Shown here one piece after another: positions 18,621-26,933 of a DNA stretch of 47,991 bases. The notes beneath the pieces are model-generated. The model had not been told where the DNA came from. It did no database searches and saw only the letters and a program-made list of their open reading frames with translations. Made by a program: the position numbers and the translations under genes. Numbering within the stretch: the stretch's first letter is position 1; every line of letters starts with the position of its first letter. The stretch is from IMG/VR virus record IMGVR_UViG_3300032247_000646, positions 1-47,991 of that record; one strand, 5' to 3'. The stretch comes from a virus (taxonomy: Duplodnaviria; Caudoviricetes).

Positions 18621-21600
18621 TTAAATCAGGTGATCGAACGGATTGGTGGAAACCTTGCCGCCTTTGGCGTAGTTGCCGCCGAACGGCAGCATGGGCGAGT
18701 CGGATTCGCGACCTTTGAGATAACTAGGCAGCACCCCCAGCTCTTCAGCCAGCCGGTAAAACTCACCCATCGTCTGAGGGTTTGCGCGTTTGATTATATC
18801 GTAAGCAGCTGGAGGACGCGGAATGTAATCAATTCCGAGCTTCTTGGCTTGCTTTTCAGCTTTTAAGCTCGGTTCGTACCCAAAGTCGTAAATGCGCTGT
18901 ATGTTCTCAGGCGTGACGTCGCCGTGCACCTGCGCTTCGACGTAACCCATTGGGTCGCGCTGCAGAAGTTTGTTGCGGAAATGAGTTGGGTCGTCGCTGC
19001 CAAGTTGATAAATTTCGGAAGACAACAGTGAAGGCTCGGTCGGGTTATCAAGCATGCGGGGGATTTGCCGAGGGAGTCGGAAGTATCCGCTGCCATCATC
19101 CATGGGTGGCAACCCTTCAGACCTGAGCAGATCAGCGAACGTTGCGGGTTTATTGATTTTGGCAAGCTCTTCAGCGAGTCTTTCTGGTATTTTCCACTGA
19201 GGCGTCCCCTGCGCTTTCAGGTTTTCAACAATACTGGTCGATAGAGCATCGTAATCAGTCACCAAATCATGCAGCACGCTTCCCGGTTCAACGGAATTTT
19301 CGTACGGCATAGACCTCAGGATTTCCTTTGGATAGGTTTTAGAACCTAATGTACGGTCGAGCGAGTCGTCGATCGTGAAAGTCGTGCGACCGCGCAGCTC
19401 CGGGTGCAGCACCAAACCGAACCTTCCATACTCCGGTATCTGGCTGGTCGGCACGATATGGGAAGTCCCTTTGGTAGGGAACCGAGGGCTGAGTTCGCCA
19501 CTCAGCGTGGCAAGCGGGTCGAGTGTAAGGTAACCATACGCTTGACCAAGACCGCCGAACATCTGCGGTTCACGCTCTGCGCGAGCTTGTTTGCTCCTCA
19601 GTGGACCAGACGCCGCACCGGTGCGGTTGGTTTCGTGCACAGATTTGAGTCGCTTGTCTGCACCGGCGAGATCATCCAGCGTTTTGCGACGCGACATCAC
19701 GATTGAATTTTGAATCAGTTCGAGTTCTTCGGGTGTGAAAGTTTCAGTGAGGATCTTTCCTGACTTGGACATTATCCCGGCACGGCCCAATTCAGCCACA
19801 GGAGCCTTGAACAATCGACGTGCGAGGCTGGCGAGACCACCCACCTGCATGTGCACCGCGCCACCTTTGGCGTAGCCTTCGGCTGGTGGCACGCGCCTAA
19901 GCACCGAAGGATCAAGAGCCACGAGCGAAGGCTTTTTGCTCATTGCATCTTGCAGCCGCAGAGAATCGAACCCAAGATTGCGCAGCTCTTCAACAACTTG
20001 AGCTGATTGTGGGAATATTGCGTTCTCGCCTTGCTCCAGGTATTGACCAACTGGAATTTCAGGATCGTAAATTCCTAGCTGACGAGCGACTCGGTAAACA
20101 TCTTCTTCAGTTCCAGCTCTACGGGGTCGCGCCTCAAAAGTGTGCAGCTGAGGAGCATTGGTCGAAGACTGGAACTTCTCAACAACCTCTCGCTCTGGGT
20201 GCGTGAACAAGCCGGGTCGCGGTTCGTTGAACTCAGCACCCGCGTGGTAAACGATTTCTGGTCGCTCGATGAAATCTTTCGCCTGATCCCGAGTCATGAA
20301 TCGAACTGGCGGGGTGCCACCATTCGCTCGAGTTGCCGCAAAGACTTTGTCAGCACCCTCTTCGCCGAACAGTTTTGTTAAACCTCCATAGCTGCTCGGA
20401 TCTCTAAGGTCGAAAATGTTGTAAAGGTTAAGGTCATTGACACGGCCCCACTCGCCCGAATTGAGAAACTTCACTACAGACTCGCTGATTTTCTTTTGAT
20501 ATTCAGGGTCGCGTTTTTTGTACACTTCTGATCGATCGCTGCTGAATGAATTGCCGGGAGGCTTAAGCTCAATAATGTCAGACAAAGGAGTTTGTTTCTT
20601 GGGGATCATGGATTCAGCTTCTGAAGAAAGCTCATTCATTAATCCTTGAATCTCAGCGGGGATTTCTCTAGGGCTACCAAAAGCTTCAAGCTCCACATAA
20701 CGCTGGGCGTCTTCTGGATTTATACCTCTGCGCTCTAGCAGAGTCTGCAAATTACGATAATACTGGTCACCAACAGCTTCCTCTCCGTGTAACACATCAC
20801 CCAGATGCATCTGCGAGTAGTCATAGTTAGAAGTGGAAATCATCGCCTGTGCATGAGGGCGACCTTCAGCGTCAAGCATCGCAACGAGTCGATTATCACC
20901 CGACCCATATTGCCGAGCTGTGCTAGTGTTCATGGTGCACCATCCACCTTGCCGACCAATGCTGGTGCAAAGTTTGGTGCCTTTCTCGTCAACAACCTCT
21001 GGAAGATCGATCCACTTCATACCGGGCTTTTCAACGAACGACAACTGCGCAGTCGGGTCGTCGAGCCTAGAAGCAGCGTTGAGGTTCTCCATCATCCCAG
21101 CTTGCTCAGCTCTTTCAGCCTCAAGAGCTCGCCACTCATTCACCTTAGCCACATGCTCAACAGCGTGGGGCACAGTCATCTTGTCGAGTTCTTTGACAGT
21201 CAGACGCAGATTGGCTGGCAACTCAGAATTTTGGGCAAGAGAGGCGGCCAACTCGTCGACAAGATGGTCAAAACCAGTCAACGACATCTCGCCTGGACGA
21301 GTGTCGTAAATTCTTGTTTCAGGCGGCACGTTGCGCAGCCAAGGATTGTCCTCTAAGTCCCGAGCAGCGGTTTGCGTAGGTCTAGCTAACTCGGCTTGTT
21401 TGATGACAGTTTTTGCAGACTTGCTATTGATCGATTGATCTGCGAGATTCTCCCACTGTTGGCCGAGTGGGGTTTTGGCAAAACCTTCAACCGGCAAACC
21501 AGCTTCATGTCTGCGCCTACGAGTGTCAACATAGGCAGGTTCTTCATCAAACGGAACATGCAACACGCCTTTCTCATCAGCGAGCTTTAGCACAGGGTCG

Positions 21601-22484
21601 TGCGGCGTAGCCATGTCGTTCCTGATGTACTTCCCGAGCTTCTTGTCGATCCAGTTGTTCAAATGAACACTAGGAACGTCTTTGCTCATGAGTGATTGAA
21701 ACTCAGCAGGGTAATTTGTTTCAAACCACTTCCAATAAGTGTCCCCGAAACGCATATCATCGGACTCTTCAAGGGCACGATTGAAGTTCAAATCAACTTC
21801 TGGGAAGTTGCGATAAACAAAATGCGACTCGTCATCTGTTGGGGGCTTGCTTATATCAATCTCAGGGTTTTTAGTTTTCAAACCTTGAAGATGACGATCG
21901 ACCCCCCTGCTTATCCAGTTACCACCTTTCTCTGGCTTGACCGCAAACGTAAGAGGGTTGGGCGCAACGGATTGCGGCAATCCTGGGATCAGCGACTCGC
22001 CCGAAAGCATGCGCTGAGTCATGGCTTCGCCAGCTGCCCGAGCTAAAGGTTTGGCGACTTTGGTTGTAGCAGCGCGAGCCAGCGCCCCAGCTGGCTGAGC
22101 CAAACTCGCCACATCCACAGCGCGTGGGTCAGTGCGGAAAGTCTGCAACGCGGGACCCCAAGTGTTGGGGTTGAGCGTTGCGGGGCTGCCACCATAGAAC
22201 GGCGAAGGAGTGTATGGGCGTTCGGAGGTGTTTTCGCGAGGCGTATGAGACCAATCCTGCAGCGCAGTACCTGCGCTTTGCAGCGGATCGGTGATAAGCA
22301 TCTGAGCGAGGAACGATTTGATCGGGGCGACTTTCTTCGTCTCAGTCAATGGCTCGGCCATCGACTTGCCCAGCGACTCAGCACGCTTGCCGAATGATCC
22401 AATGAACTTCTCGAGCTCGCTCTGTGGAATGGAGCGGATCTCGGAGCCAGCGAGGTCGAAGAACGGATTGTCGTCTTTAGCCAT
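18621..22484 (-). CDS. Large polyvalent protein: PcfJ-like, ART-PolyVal-like and DUF3626-like modules
   Basis: PcfJ-like 'SIGRQGGWCT...Y...LDAEGRPHA'; ART-like 'VYHAG..F...GLFT...GFDSL...VALDPS'; DUF3626-like 'KSVHET...E..MFG..AYGYL...YG..GLVL...RTTFTIDDS...YVEAQVHG.V'. Domain names assigned by eye. Confidence 0.6.
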   Translation of the reverse strand: MAKDDNPFFDLAGSEIRSIPQSELEKFIGSFGKRAESLGKSMAEPLTETKKVAPIKSFLAQMLITDPLQSAGTALQDWSHTPRENTSERPYTPSPFYGGSPATLNPNTWGPALQTFRTDPRAVDVASLAQPAGALARAATTKVAKPLARAAGEAMTQRMLSGESLIPGLPQSVAPNPLTFAVKPEKGGNWISRGVDRHLQGLKTKNPEIDISKPPTDDESHFVYRNFPEVDLNFNRALEESDDMRFGDTYWKWFETNYPAEFQSLMSKDVPSVHLNNWIDKKLGKYIRNDMATPHDPVLKLADEKGVLHVPFDEEPAYVDTRRRRHEAGLPVEGFAKTPLGQQWENLADQSINSKSAKTVIKQAELARPTQTAARDLEDNPWLRNVPPETRIYDTRPGEMSLTGFDHLVDELAASLAQNSELPANLRLTVKELDKMTVPHAVEHVAKVNEWRALEAERAEQAGMMENLNAASRLDDPTAQLSFVEKPGMKWIDLPEVVDEKGTKLCTSIGRQGGWCTMNTSTARQYGSGDNRLVAMLDAEGRPHAQAMISTSNYDYSQMHLGDVLHGEEAVGDQYYRNLQTLLERRGINPEDAQRYVELEAFGSPREIPAEIQGLMNELSSEAESMIPKKQTPLSDIIELKPPGNSFSSDRSEVYKKRDPEYQKKISESVVKFLNSGEWGRVNDLNLYNIFDLRDPSSYGGLTKLFGEEGADKVFAATRANGGTPPVRFMTRDQAKDFIERPEIVYHAGAEFNEPRPGLFTHPEREVVEKFQSSTNAPQLHTFEARPRRAGTEEDVYRVARQLGIYDPEIPVGQYLEQGENAIFPQSAQVVEELRNLGFDSLRLQDAMSKKPSLVALDPSVLRRVPPAEGYAKGGAVHMQVGGLASLARRLFKAPVAELGRAGIMSKSGKILTETFTPEELELIQNSIVMSRRKTLDDLAGADKRLKSVHETNRTGAASGPLRSKQARAEREPQMFGGLGQAYGYLTLDPLATLSGELSPRFPTKGTSHIVPTSQIPEYGRFGLVLHPELRGRTTFTIDDSLDRTLGSKTYPKEILRSMPYENSVEPGSVLHDLVTDYDALSTSIVENLKAQGTPQWKIPERLAEELAKINKPATFADLLRSEGLPPMDDGSGYFRLPRQIPRMLDNPTEPSLLSSEIYQLGSDDPTHFRNKLLQRDPMGYVEAQVHGDVTPENIQRIYDFGYEPSLKAEKQAKKLGIDYIPRPPAAYDIIKRANPQTMGEFYRLAEELGVLPSYLKGRESDSPMLPFGGNYAKGGKVSTNPFDHLI

Positions 22485-23124
22485 TTTTCAATCGGTCGAT
22501 GAGTTTGTCAGCCACCGCGAAGGACGTGTCAACGAGCAACCGCGCCAGCACATCCATCGCGAGTTGCTCGCGGGTGAATGGCTCAGGCTGCTCGACAGGC
22601 TCGGTAAACGACCAGTGATAGAACGCATACACGACCCGCTCGTCAGGCGCGCAAACCAAAGTATCGCGCCAATGTGGATATTTCCTTCCTTCGCACAACC
22701 CACCCTGACCGATGCCCAAATGCGTCGTGCTGTAGCTGCCCGTCCACGGCGTGTGGTCGATGCCGTTCTTCCACTCACCCACCCATGGCACGTTGCTGAT
22801 CTTCAGATCCCACAAAAAGCCACGCTTGTTCTCCAGACTCACGCTCAGTGTGAGGTCCAGGTCGGGGCGATCCGTGTGCACCAGCAGATAGCTCCCATTG
22901 TGGTACGACCGCGTGTACACGCTGTCGAACTTGATGTTGGGATGAACCTGCTTGACGATGCGCGTCACGTGCTCCGCGTGTTTGAGCGAGTCAGGCAGCT
23001 GGTACACTCCGTAGCTGTTGCGGTAGTACGGATCGTTCTTCAGTTCGCCTTCAACGGTCTTGTGCTCGTACGCGTCGAACGCAGCGACGATGTCTGCGCA
23101 TTGCTGAGGTGTGAAGATCTGCAT
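22477..23124 (-). CDS. 2OG-Fe(II) oxygenase
   Basis: HxD motif 'LLVHTDRPDLDLTLSVSL' and distal His in 'YPHWRD'; 'YTRSYHNG' strand typical of phage prolyl-hydroxylase-like enzymes. Confidence 0.8.
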   Translation of the reverse strand: MQIFTPQQCADIVAAFDAYEHKTVEGELKNDPYYRNSYGVYQLPDSLKHAEHVTRIVKQVHPNIKFDSVYTRSYHNGSYLLVHTDRPDLDLTLSVSLENKRGFLWDLKISNVPWVGEWKNGIDHTPWTGSYSTTHLGIGQGGLCEGRKYPHWRDTLVCAPDERVVYAFYHWSFTEPVEQPEPFTREQLAMDVLARLLVDTSFAVADKLIDRLKNG

Positions 23125-23125
23125 C

Positions 23126-24547
23126 TCAGCTGGCGTAGGGATTGACTCTGCGCGGCTTAACGTCAGCGTAGTCTTCGTCGTCAGAGCTGAAAAAGTCCAC
23201 AGTCAGAAATCCCATATCACGCAGCACCCGCAGAGCTTGCGTCAGCGCATCGACCAAGTCGTCGTGGCGAACTTCGGGGAAGGCGCACACCTGAGCGATG
23301 AGCGGGTCGGCCCAATCCCGAGCGCACCCAGGATTGTTCATCGACTCGGGCACATACATCAATCCGCGCCTAATTATAGGCGACACAATGTTAAGACGCT
23401 GCATTTTGTCGGCCGAGCCGGGATTGTACGCACGCACATTCAGCCCGGTGCGCTGCAAGTCTTGAATCAGCGAGATCCCTGCAGACTTGTCCTCGACCAG
23501 AATCAGATCAGCCTTCTTGCCGACACCGAACTCATTCACGTCGCCGTAAACCACGGTGGACTCGTCAATGACGTGGGGGCGCAGGTCGGGGTACTGCATG
23601 TGCTTCTCCCAACAGTCAATGAGCATCGCGCTCATCGGCGCATCCTCGTTGGGTCGGAACACTCCGAGAACCACGCAAGCAGTCGGATCATTCTTGGTCT
23701 TGTCGGAAGTCGCCACGTCGTACGACTGCACCACGTATTCAAACTTCGGCAGTGGTCGGTCGGCGTCCCAGAGTTTGAACCACGTGCGCTTGATCACGCC
23801 AGCCTCTTCGGGGTCGATGATCTCGGCGTAGATCTCTTGGCGACCGATCTTGGTGCCTTCGTACTGCAGGATCTGCTCCATGAACTTCGGAGCCAGATTG
23901 TCCTTGTTGTCGTAAGTCGATGCAATTGTGTACGCCACGTCCATGCCGTCACGGTCGACCAGCTCAATGATCTTGGGCTTGGGACGCGGCGTGGAAGTGC
24001 AAAGCAGCAGTGGGTGCTTGCCGAGTCGCATGCCGAACTGAATCATGTCCCATGCGTCGTCGAGGTAGTCCCACGCAGCGAGCTCGTCCAGCCACCCGCC
24101 ATGAAACTGCGGACCTCGGAACCTGCCCGGCTCAGACGCGGGTATACCCTTGATGATCGACCCGTTGATGAGTGTGATCTCGTGCAGCGAGCTTTTATAA
24201 TCCTGCACAACCTCGGCAGGGATAACGTTCATCAGGCCTGAATCGCCTTCAAAGCACACGTCGCGCACGTCGGCTGAGGTCGGCGCACTGACAAGCCACC
24301 GCGTCTGCGGCGCACGCCACGCTGCCCACCAGATCCATTCCGCTGCGCTGCGCGTCTTCCCAGCGCCACGCCCTGCCAGGAGCAACCAGATGCTCCACCA
24401 GATCTCTTTCGGCGGGAGTTGATGCGGCTTAGCAGTCTTGAGCCAAGACATCCTACGCTCGAGAGCAGCTTGGCTCGGTGCGTCGAGCAGTGGGAAGTTC
24501 TCGCGTGCCGCCGCAATGATCGCTGGATCGACGGCTACCGAGTTCAT
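23126..24547 (-). CDS. terL: Terminase large subunit
   Basis: Walker A 'AGRGAGKT', Walker B 'GWLDE', 'TSTP' coupling motif, RNase H-like 'SYDVA' and 'HDDLVDA'. Confidence 0.95.
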   Translation of the reverse strand: MNSVAVDPAIIAAARENFPLLDAPSQAALERRMSWLKTAKPHQLPPKEIWWSIWLLLAGRGAGKTRSAAEWIWWAAWRAPQTRWLVSAPTSADVRDVCFEGDSGLMNVIPAEVVQDYKSSLHEITLINGSIIKGIPASEPGRFRGPQFHGGWLDELAAWDYLDDAWDMIQFGMRLGKHPLLLCTSTPRPKPKIIELVDRDGMDVAYTIASTYDNKDNLAPKFMEQILQYEGTKIGRQEIYAEIIDPEEAGVIKRTWFKLWDADRPLPKFEYVVQSYDVATSDKTKNDPTACVVLGVFRPNEDAPMSAMLIDCWEKHMQYPDLRPHVIDESTVVYGDVNEFGVGKKADLILVEDKSAGISLIQDLQRTGLNVRAYNPGSADKMQRLNIVSPIIRRGLMYVPESMNNPGCARDWADPLIAQVCAFPEVRHDDLVDALTQALRVLRDMGFLTVDFFSSDDEDYADVKPRRVNPYAS

Positions 24548-24960
24548 TCCTCGCAGTCTTCCTCAACGAGCGTGGTTTGTTGCGCGACGACCTTCCCAGA
24601 CGTGCGCCCATTCGCCAAATCATTGCGCATTGTCACGCCTATTTCGAGCGCGTCAAGCAGCTTGTCGAACACTCGCTGGTCAGCGACTTTGTCAGTTTCA
24701 GTCGTGACGATCTGTTGTTGAATCGCGGTCAACTTCGGATGAATATACGGAGCCAAGTCACGCGCAATTGCACAGGCGGCAATCTTTTCGTCCTTGTCCC
24801 AGAAGTCCTTCATCGTCAGGTACATCACCTCGAGCGGCGTCACGGACATCATCTCGAGCTTGCCCAGCAACCGCTCTCGAGCTTGCCGTTTCAGCGCCAC
24901 CTGCCCCTTCTGACGCCCACCGCGACGCTTCGGTGGTTCGACTGCAGCGGTGTCTTGCAT
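24544..24960 (-). CDS. Probable terminase small subunit
   Basis: Directly upstream of terL with an ATGA overlap; 'GGRQKG', 'TPLEVM', 'LAPYIHPKL' are typical of TerS-like proteins. Confidence 0.7.
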   Translation of the reverse strand: MQDTAAVEPPKRRGGRQKGQVALKRQARERLLGKLEMMSVTPLEVMYLTMKDFWDKDEKIAACAIARDLAPYIHPKLTAIQQQIVTTETDKVADQRVFDKLLDALEIGVTMRNDLANGRTSGKVVAQQTTLVEEDCEE

Positions 24961-24995
24961 TTTTATGCCTGTTTCATAATTAACAACTCAGGCGA

Positions 24996-25025
24996 ATTAT
25001 GCGGCCAACTCATGGTATAAGGCAA
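24996..25025 (-). promoter_or_regulatory. Putative sigma70-type promoter upstream of the packaging/structural operon
   Basis: Minus strand TTGCCT-N18-CATAAT, about 35 bp upstream of terS; the hexamers resemble the early promoters. Confidence 0.45.
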
Positions 25026-25038
25026 CACGCCGGGAAGT

Positions 25039-25299
25039 TCATTCGACCACTGTAAACACAATGCCTTCGAACTCTGCAGTCTTTTCCTCTTTGAGTTTTT
25101 TACGGAACAGTTGATGACGCGCCATCGGCAGTCCGAGCGCCATAAATGCGGCTGCAATCGACCGATACTGTTTGCCCTTGACCATCACTGCGGTGTGTTT
25201 GTTCGCCATGCGTTCCTCCAAGTCTTGAATAGCATGGAAGTATGCCTGAAGTTCCAGGAAATGAAATGCTTTTGGTGGTTCTTTTTTCGGCCTTCCCAT
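25039..25299 (-). CDS. Hypothetical protein, possible DNA-binding
   Basis: GGAG RBS; N-terminal 'GRPKK' and 'KQYRSIAAAFMALGL' helix motif. Confidence 0.65.
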   Translation of the reverse strand: MGRPKKEPPKAFHFLELQAYFHAIQDLEERMANKHTAVMVKGKQYRSIAAAFMALGLPMARHQLFRKKLKEEKTAEFEGIVFTVVE

Positions 25300-25320
25300 A
25301 GCTCCTCCGAGCTCAATTAT

Positions 25321-25580
25321 GTTCCGTCGACCCCCACCGACGGAACTCGGAGGCAGGTGGTCGTTTTTCCTTTAAAAAACAATGACTTCCGAGTTCCGTC
25401 GTTTTTGACCCCCTTAGAGAAGAGAAGACCGACGGAACTCGGGGGGAGAGGAGTTCGCTTACGCTCCTCTCCCACCCCCTACGTTTGATTCGAAACACCC
25501 GACGGACACCGACGGAACATCGACGGATCACCCCGGGAGCCTTGTATTTACTCACTGTATGTTCCGTCGGAGTTCCGTCG
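25321..25580. repeat. Cluster of CGACGGAAC 9-mers in both orientations with a central hairpin
   Basis: Exact copies at 25321(-), 25338(+), 25393(-), 25430(+), 25510(+), 25561(-), 25572(-); variants at 25500 and 25521; 10-bp stem GGGAGAGGAG/CTCCTCTCCC at 25444-25473. Confidence 0.9.
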
Positions 25581-25718
25581 GGCTACTTTTATCATGTATT
25601 CTGCGATCTCAAACGAGAGTTCGGCGGTTGCTTCCGCACCATTCCCAAGGTTACCCCGACCGATCAGCGCATGCATGACGACAGCCGCGTACAGATTGCG
25701 TAGTTCTTCGTAGTTCAT
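25548..25718 (-). CDS. Small hypothetical protein
   Basis: Likely start MNYEELRNLYAAVVMHALIG at 25718 (AAGGAG RBS, ATGA overlap). Confidence 0.6.
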   Translation of the reverse strand: MNYEELRNLYAAVVMHALIGRGNLGNGAEATAELSFEIAEYMIKVARRNSDGTYSE

Positions 25719-25915
25719 CGTTGCTCCTTCGCCGCTCGCCATCCAGCGAAGAATGCGCTGCGCTCGACGTCGGCTTGTTGAGGTGTGTGGGAACGCCCAG
25801 ACCATTCTTGGAATGCGCTCTCTGGGCCAGCCGATATCTGACGCTTGCGCCACATGATGGACTTGCTCAGTTCTTCGAATGCCTCGTCTTCGGGGTCACG
25901 CTGTTTGCTTTCCAT
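25715..25915 (-). CDS. Small hypothetical protein
   Basis: 66 aa; AAGGA RBS; 'DPEDEAFEEL' and 'AFFAGWRAA'. Confidence 0.65.
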   Translation of the reverse strand: MESKQRDPEDEAFEELSKSIMWRKRQISAGPESAFQEWSGRSHTPQQADVERSAFFAGWRAAKEQR

Positions 25916-26060
25916 TTTCAGTCCTTTCCTTTCCGTGAATGAAACCAGCCGGGTTTTGTCGATCGATACAGATTTGGCAGCGCCACTGGCGCTTTCCGTC
26001 AGCTCGTTGAGCGAGCTGTTTGGCGGGTCGCTTTTGACACGCTTGACAAAGTTGACTCAT
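25896..26060 (-). CDS. Small Zn-finger protein (CxxC...CxxC)
   Basis: Read by hand: MSQLCQACQKRPAKQLAQRADGKRQWRCQICIDRQNPAGFIHGKERTENGKQTA; AGGAG RBS upstream. Confidence 0.65.
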   Translation of the reverse strand: MSQLCQACQKRPAKQLAQRADGKRQWRCQICIDRQNPAGFIHGKERTENGKQTA

Positions 26061-26196
26061 TCGCATTCGCTCCTATGATTTCAAATGGGTGTGGGGTGTA
26101 TTGAGTTTCTTTCAATCGGTTGATCCAGTTGTTAATGTATTTGAGTTTCTCACGCGCAGAGCCGCCTTCGACGAAGCCATTGTGAAACCTAGTCAT
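25999..26196 (-). CDS. Small hypothetical protein
   Basis: ATGA overlap with the upstream gene; its 3' end overlaps the Zn-finger ORF. Confidence 0.45.
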   Translation of the reverse strand: MTRFHNGFVEGGSAREKLKYINNWINRLKETQYTPHPFEIIGANANESTLSSVSKATRQTARSTS

Positions 26197-26441
26197 GTGT
26201 TTTTCTCCCGCAATACGTTTTCGAGCGCCTCGACAAATTTGTAAATGTCGCCTTCAAACACGTGTATGCCTGTGTCGACAACCGCTTTGTGGATCTCTTG
26301 ATGAGTTAGCCCAGACCAGAATCTGCAGGTGCAGAGTCCTTGGCACTTGGGGCAGTCGCATTCGCCGTGAGATGCTTCTGAGCACCTGTGGCTCGCGAAG
26401 AACTTCTCGCAAGCCGGGCAAGGGATGAATTTACTTGTCAT
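26193..26441 (-). CDS. Cys-rich small protein with C-terminal 'W.GLT...LREKNT' module
   Basis: Likely start MTSKFIPCPAC at 26441 (ATGA overlap); eight Cys in the N-terminal half. Confidence 0.65.
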   Translation of the reverse strand: MTSKFIPCPACEKFFASHRCSEASHGECDCPKCQGLCTCRFWSGLTHQEIHKAVVDTGIHVFEGDIYKFVEALENVLREKNT

Positions 26442-26707
26442 GTGTTCTTCTCCCGCAGTTTTGCCTCGATCAGAATGTAAAACGCCAGCAGACCTCCATC
26501 GCCCAGTTTGGCGAGGATCTCTTGATACTCGGCATCGTCCAGAGTCTGCCACTTGCGCTGCTCGATGTATTGACGCAACTCTTCAATCTCTTCTTGCAGC
26601 CGCCGTTCGATCATTCTGTACGAAATCATCCCGGTCTGGTGATCCGGGTGTTTGTCACACCGCTCGTAGAAGTCCGGGATGTCTCTGTAAGTCACCTTGT
26701 ATTTCAT
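26438..26707 (-). CDS. Small protein with C-terminal 'W.TL...LREKNT' module
   Basis: 89 aa, coupled by ATGA overlaps. Confidence 0.65.
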   Translation of the reverse strand: MKYKVTYRDIPDFYERCDKHPDHQTGMISYRMIERRLQEEIEELRQYIEQRKWQTLDDAEYQEILAKLGDGGLLAFYILIEAKLREKNT

Positions 26708-26919
26708 ACTCCACCCCAGCTTTTCACGCCCTGCCGAGCCATTGCCTCTTCATACACCACCAGCGCCTCATGATCCAGCTTGCGCAGTGGCAGTTCTTGA
26801 AACCGTTTCCATTTCTCCTGATAGTGCGGGAGTTCGCTCGGCGGGACCCACCCATGATGAATGCGCCACCGCACGGCGATGTCTGTGCCGGCCGAAGTCC
26901 ATATGTATTCATTGCTCAT
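26704..26919 (-). CDS. Small hypothetical protein
   Basis: GGAG RBS; 'WTSAGTDIAVRWRIHHGWVPPSE'. Confidence 0.65.
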   Translation of the reverse strand: MSNEYIWTSAGTDIAVRWRIHHGWVPPSELPHYQEKWKRFQELPLRKLDHEALVVYEEAMARQGVKSWGGV

Positions 26920-26933
26920 CGCTGTTGCTCCAG

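Noticed and set aside
25313-25555. 80-aa minus-strand ORF (and 25111..25488 on plus) across the repeat cluster
   Set aside because: The composition is dictated by the DNA repeats. An ATG overlap with the upstream stop exists, so translation cannot be fully excluded.
25321-25580. Possible CRISPR mini-array
   Set aside because: Repeats are only 9-13 bp, occur in both orientations and have irregular spacing. DUF2800 is Cas4-like but is a standard phage replication nuclease, and there are no other cas genes.
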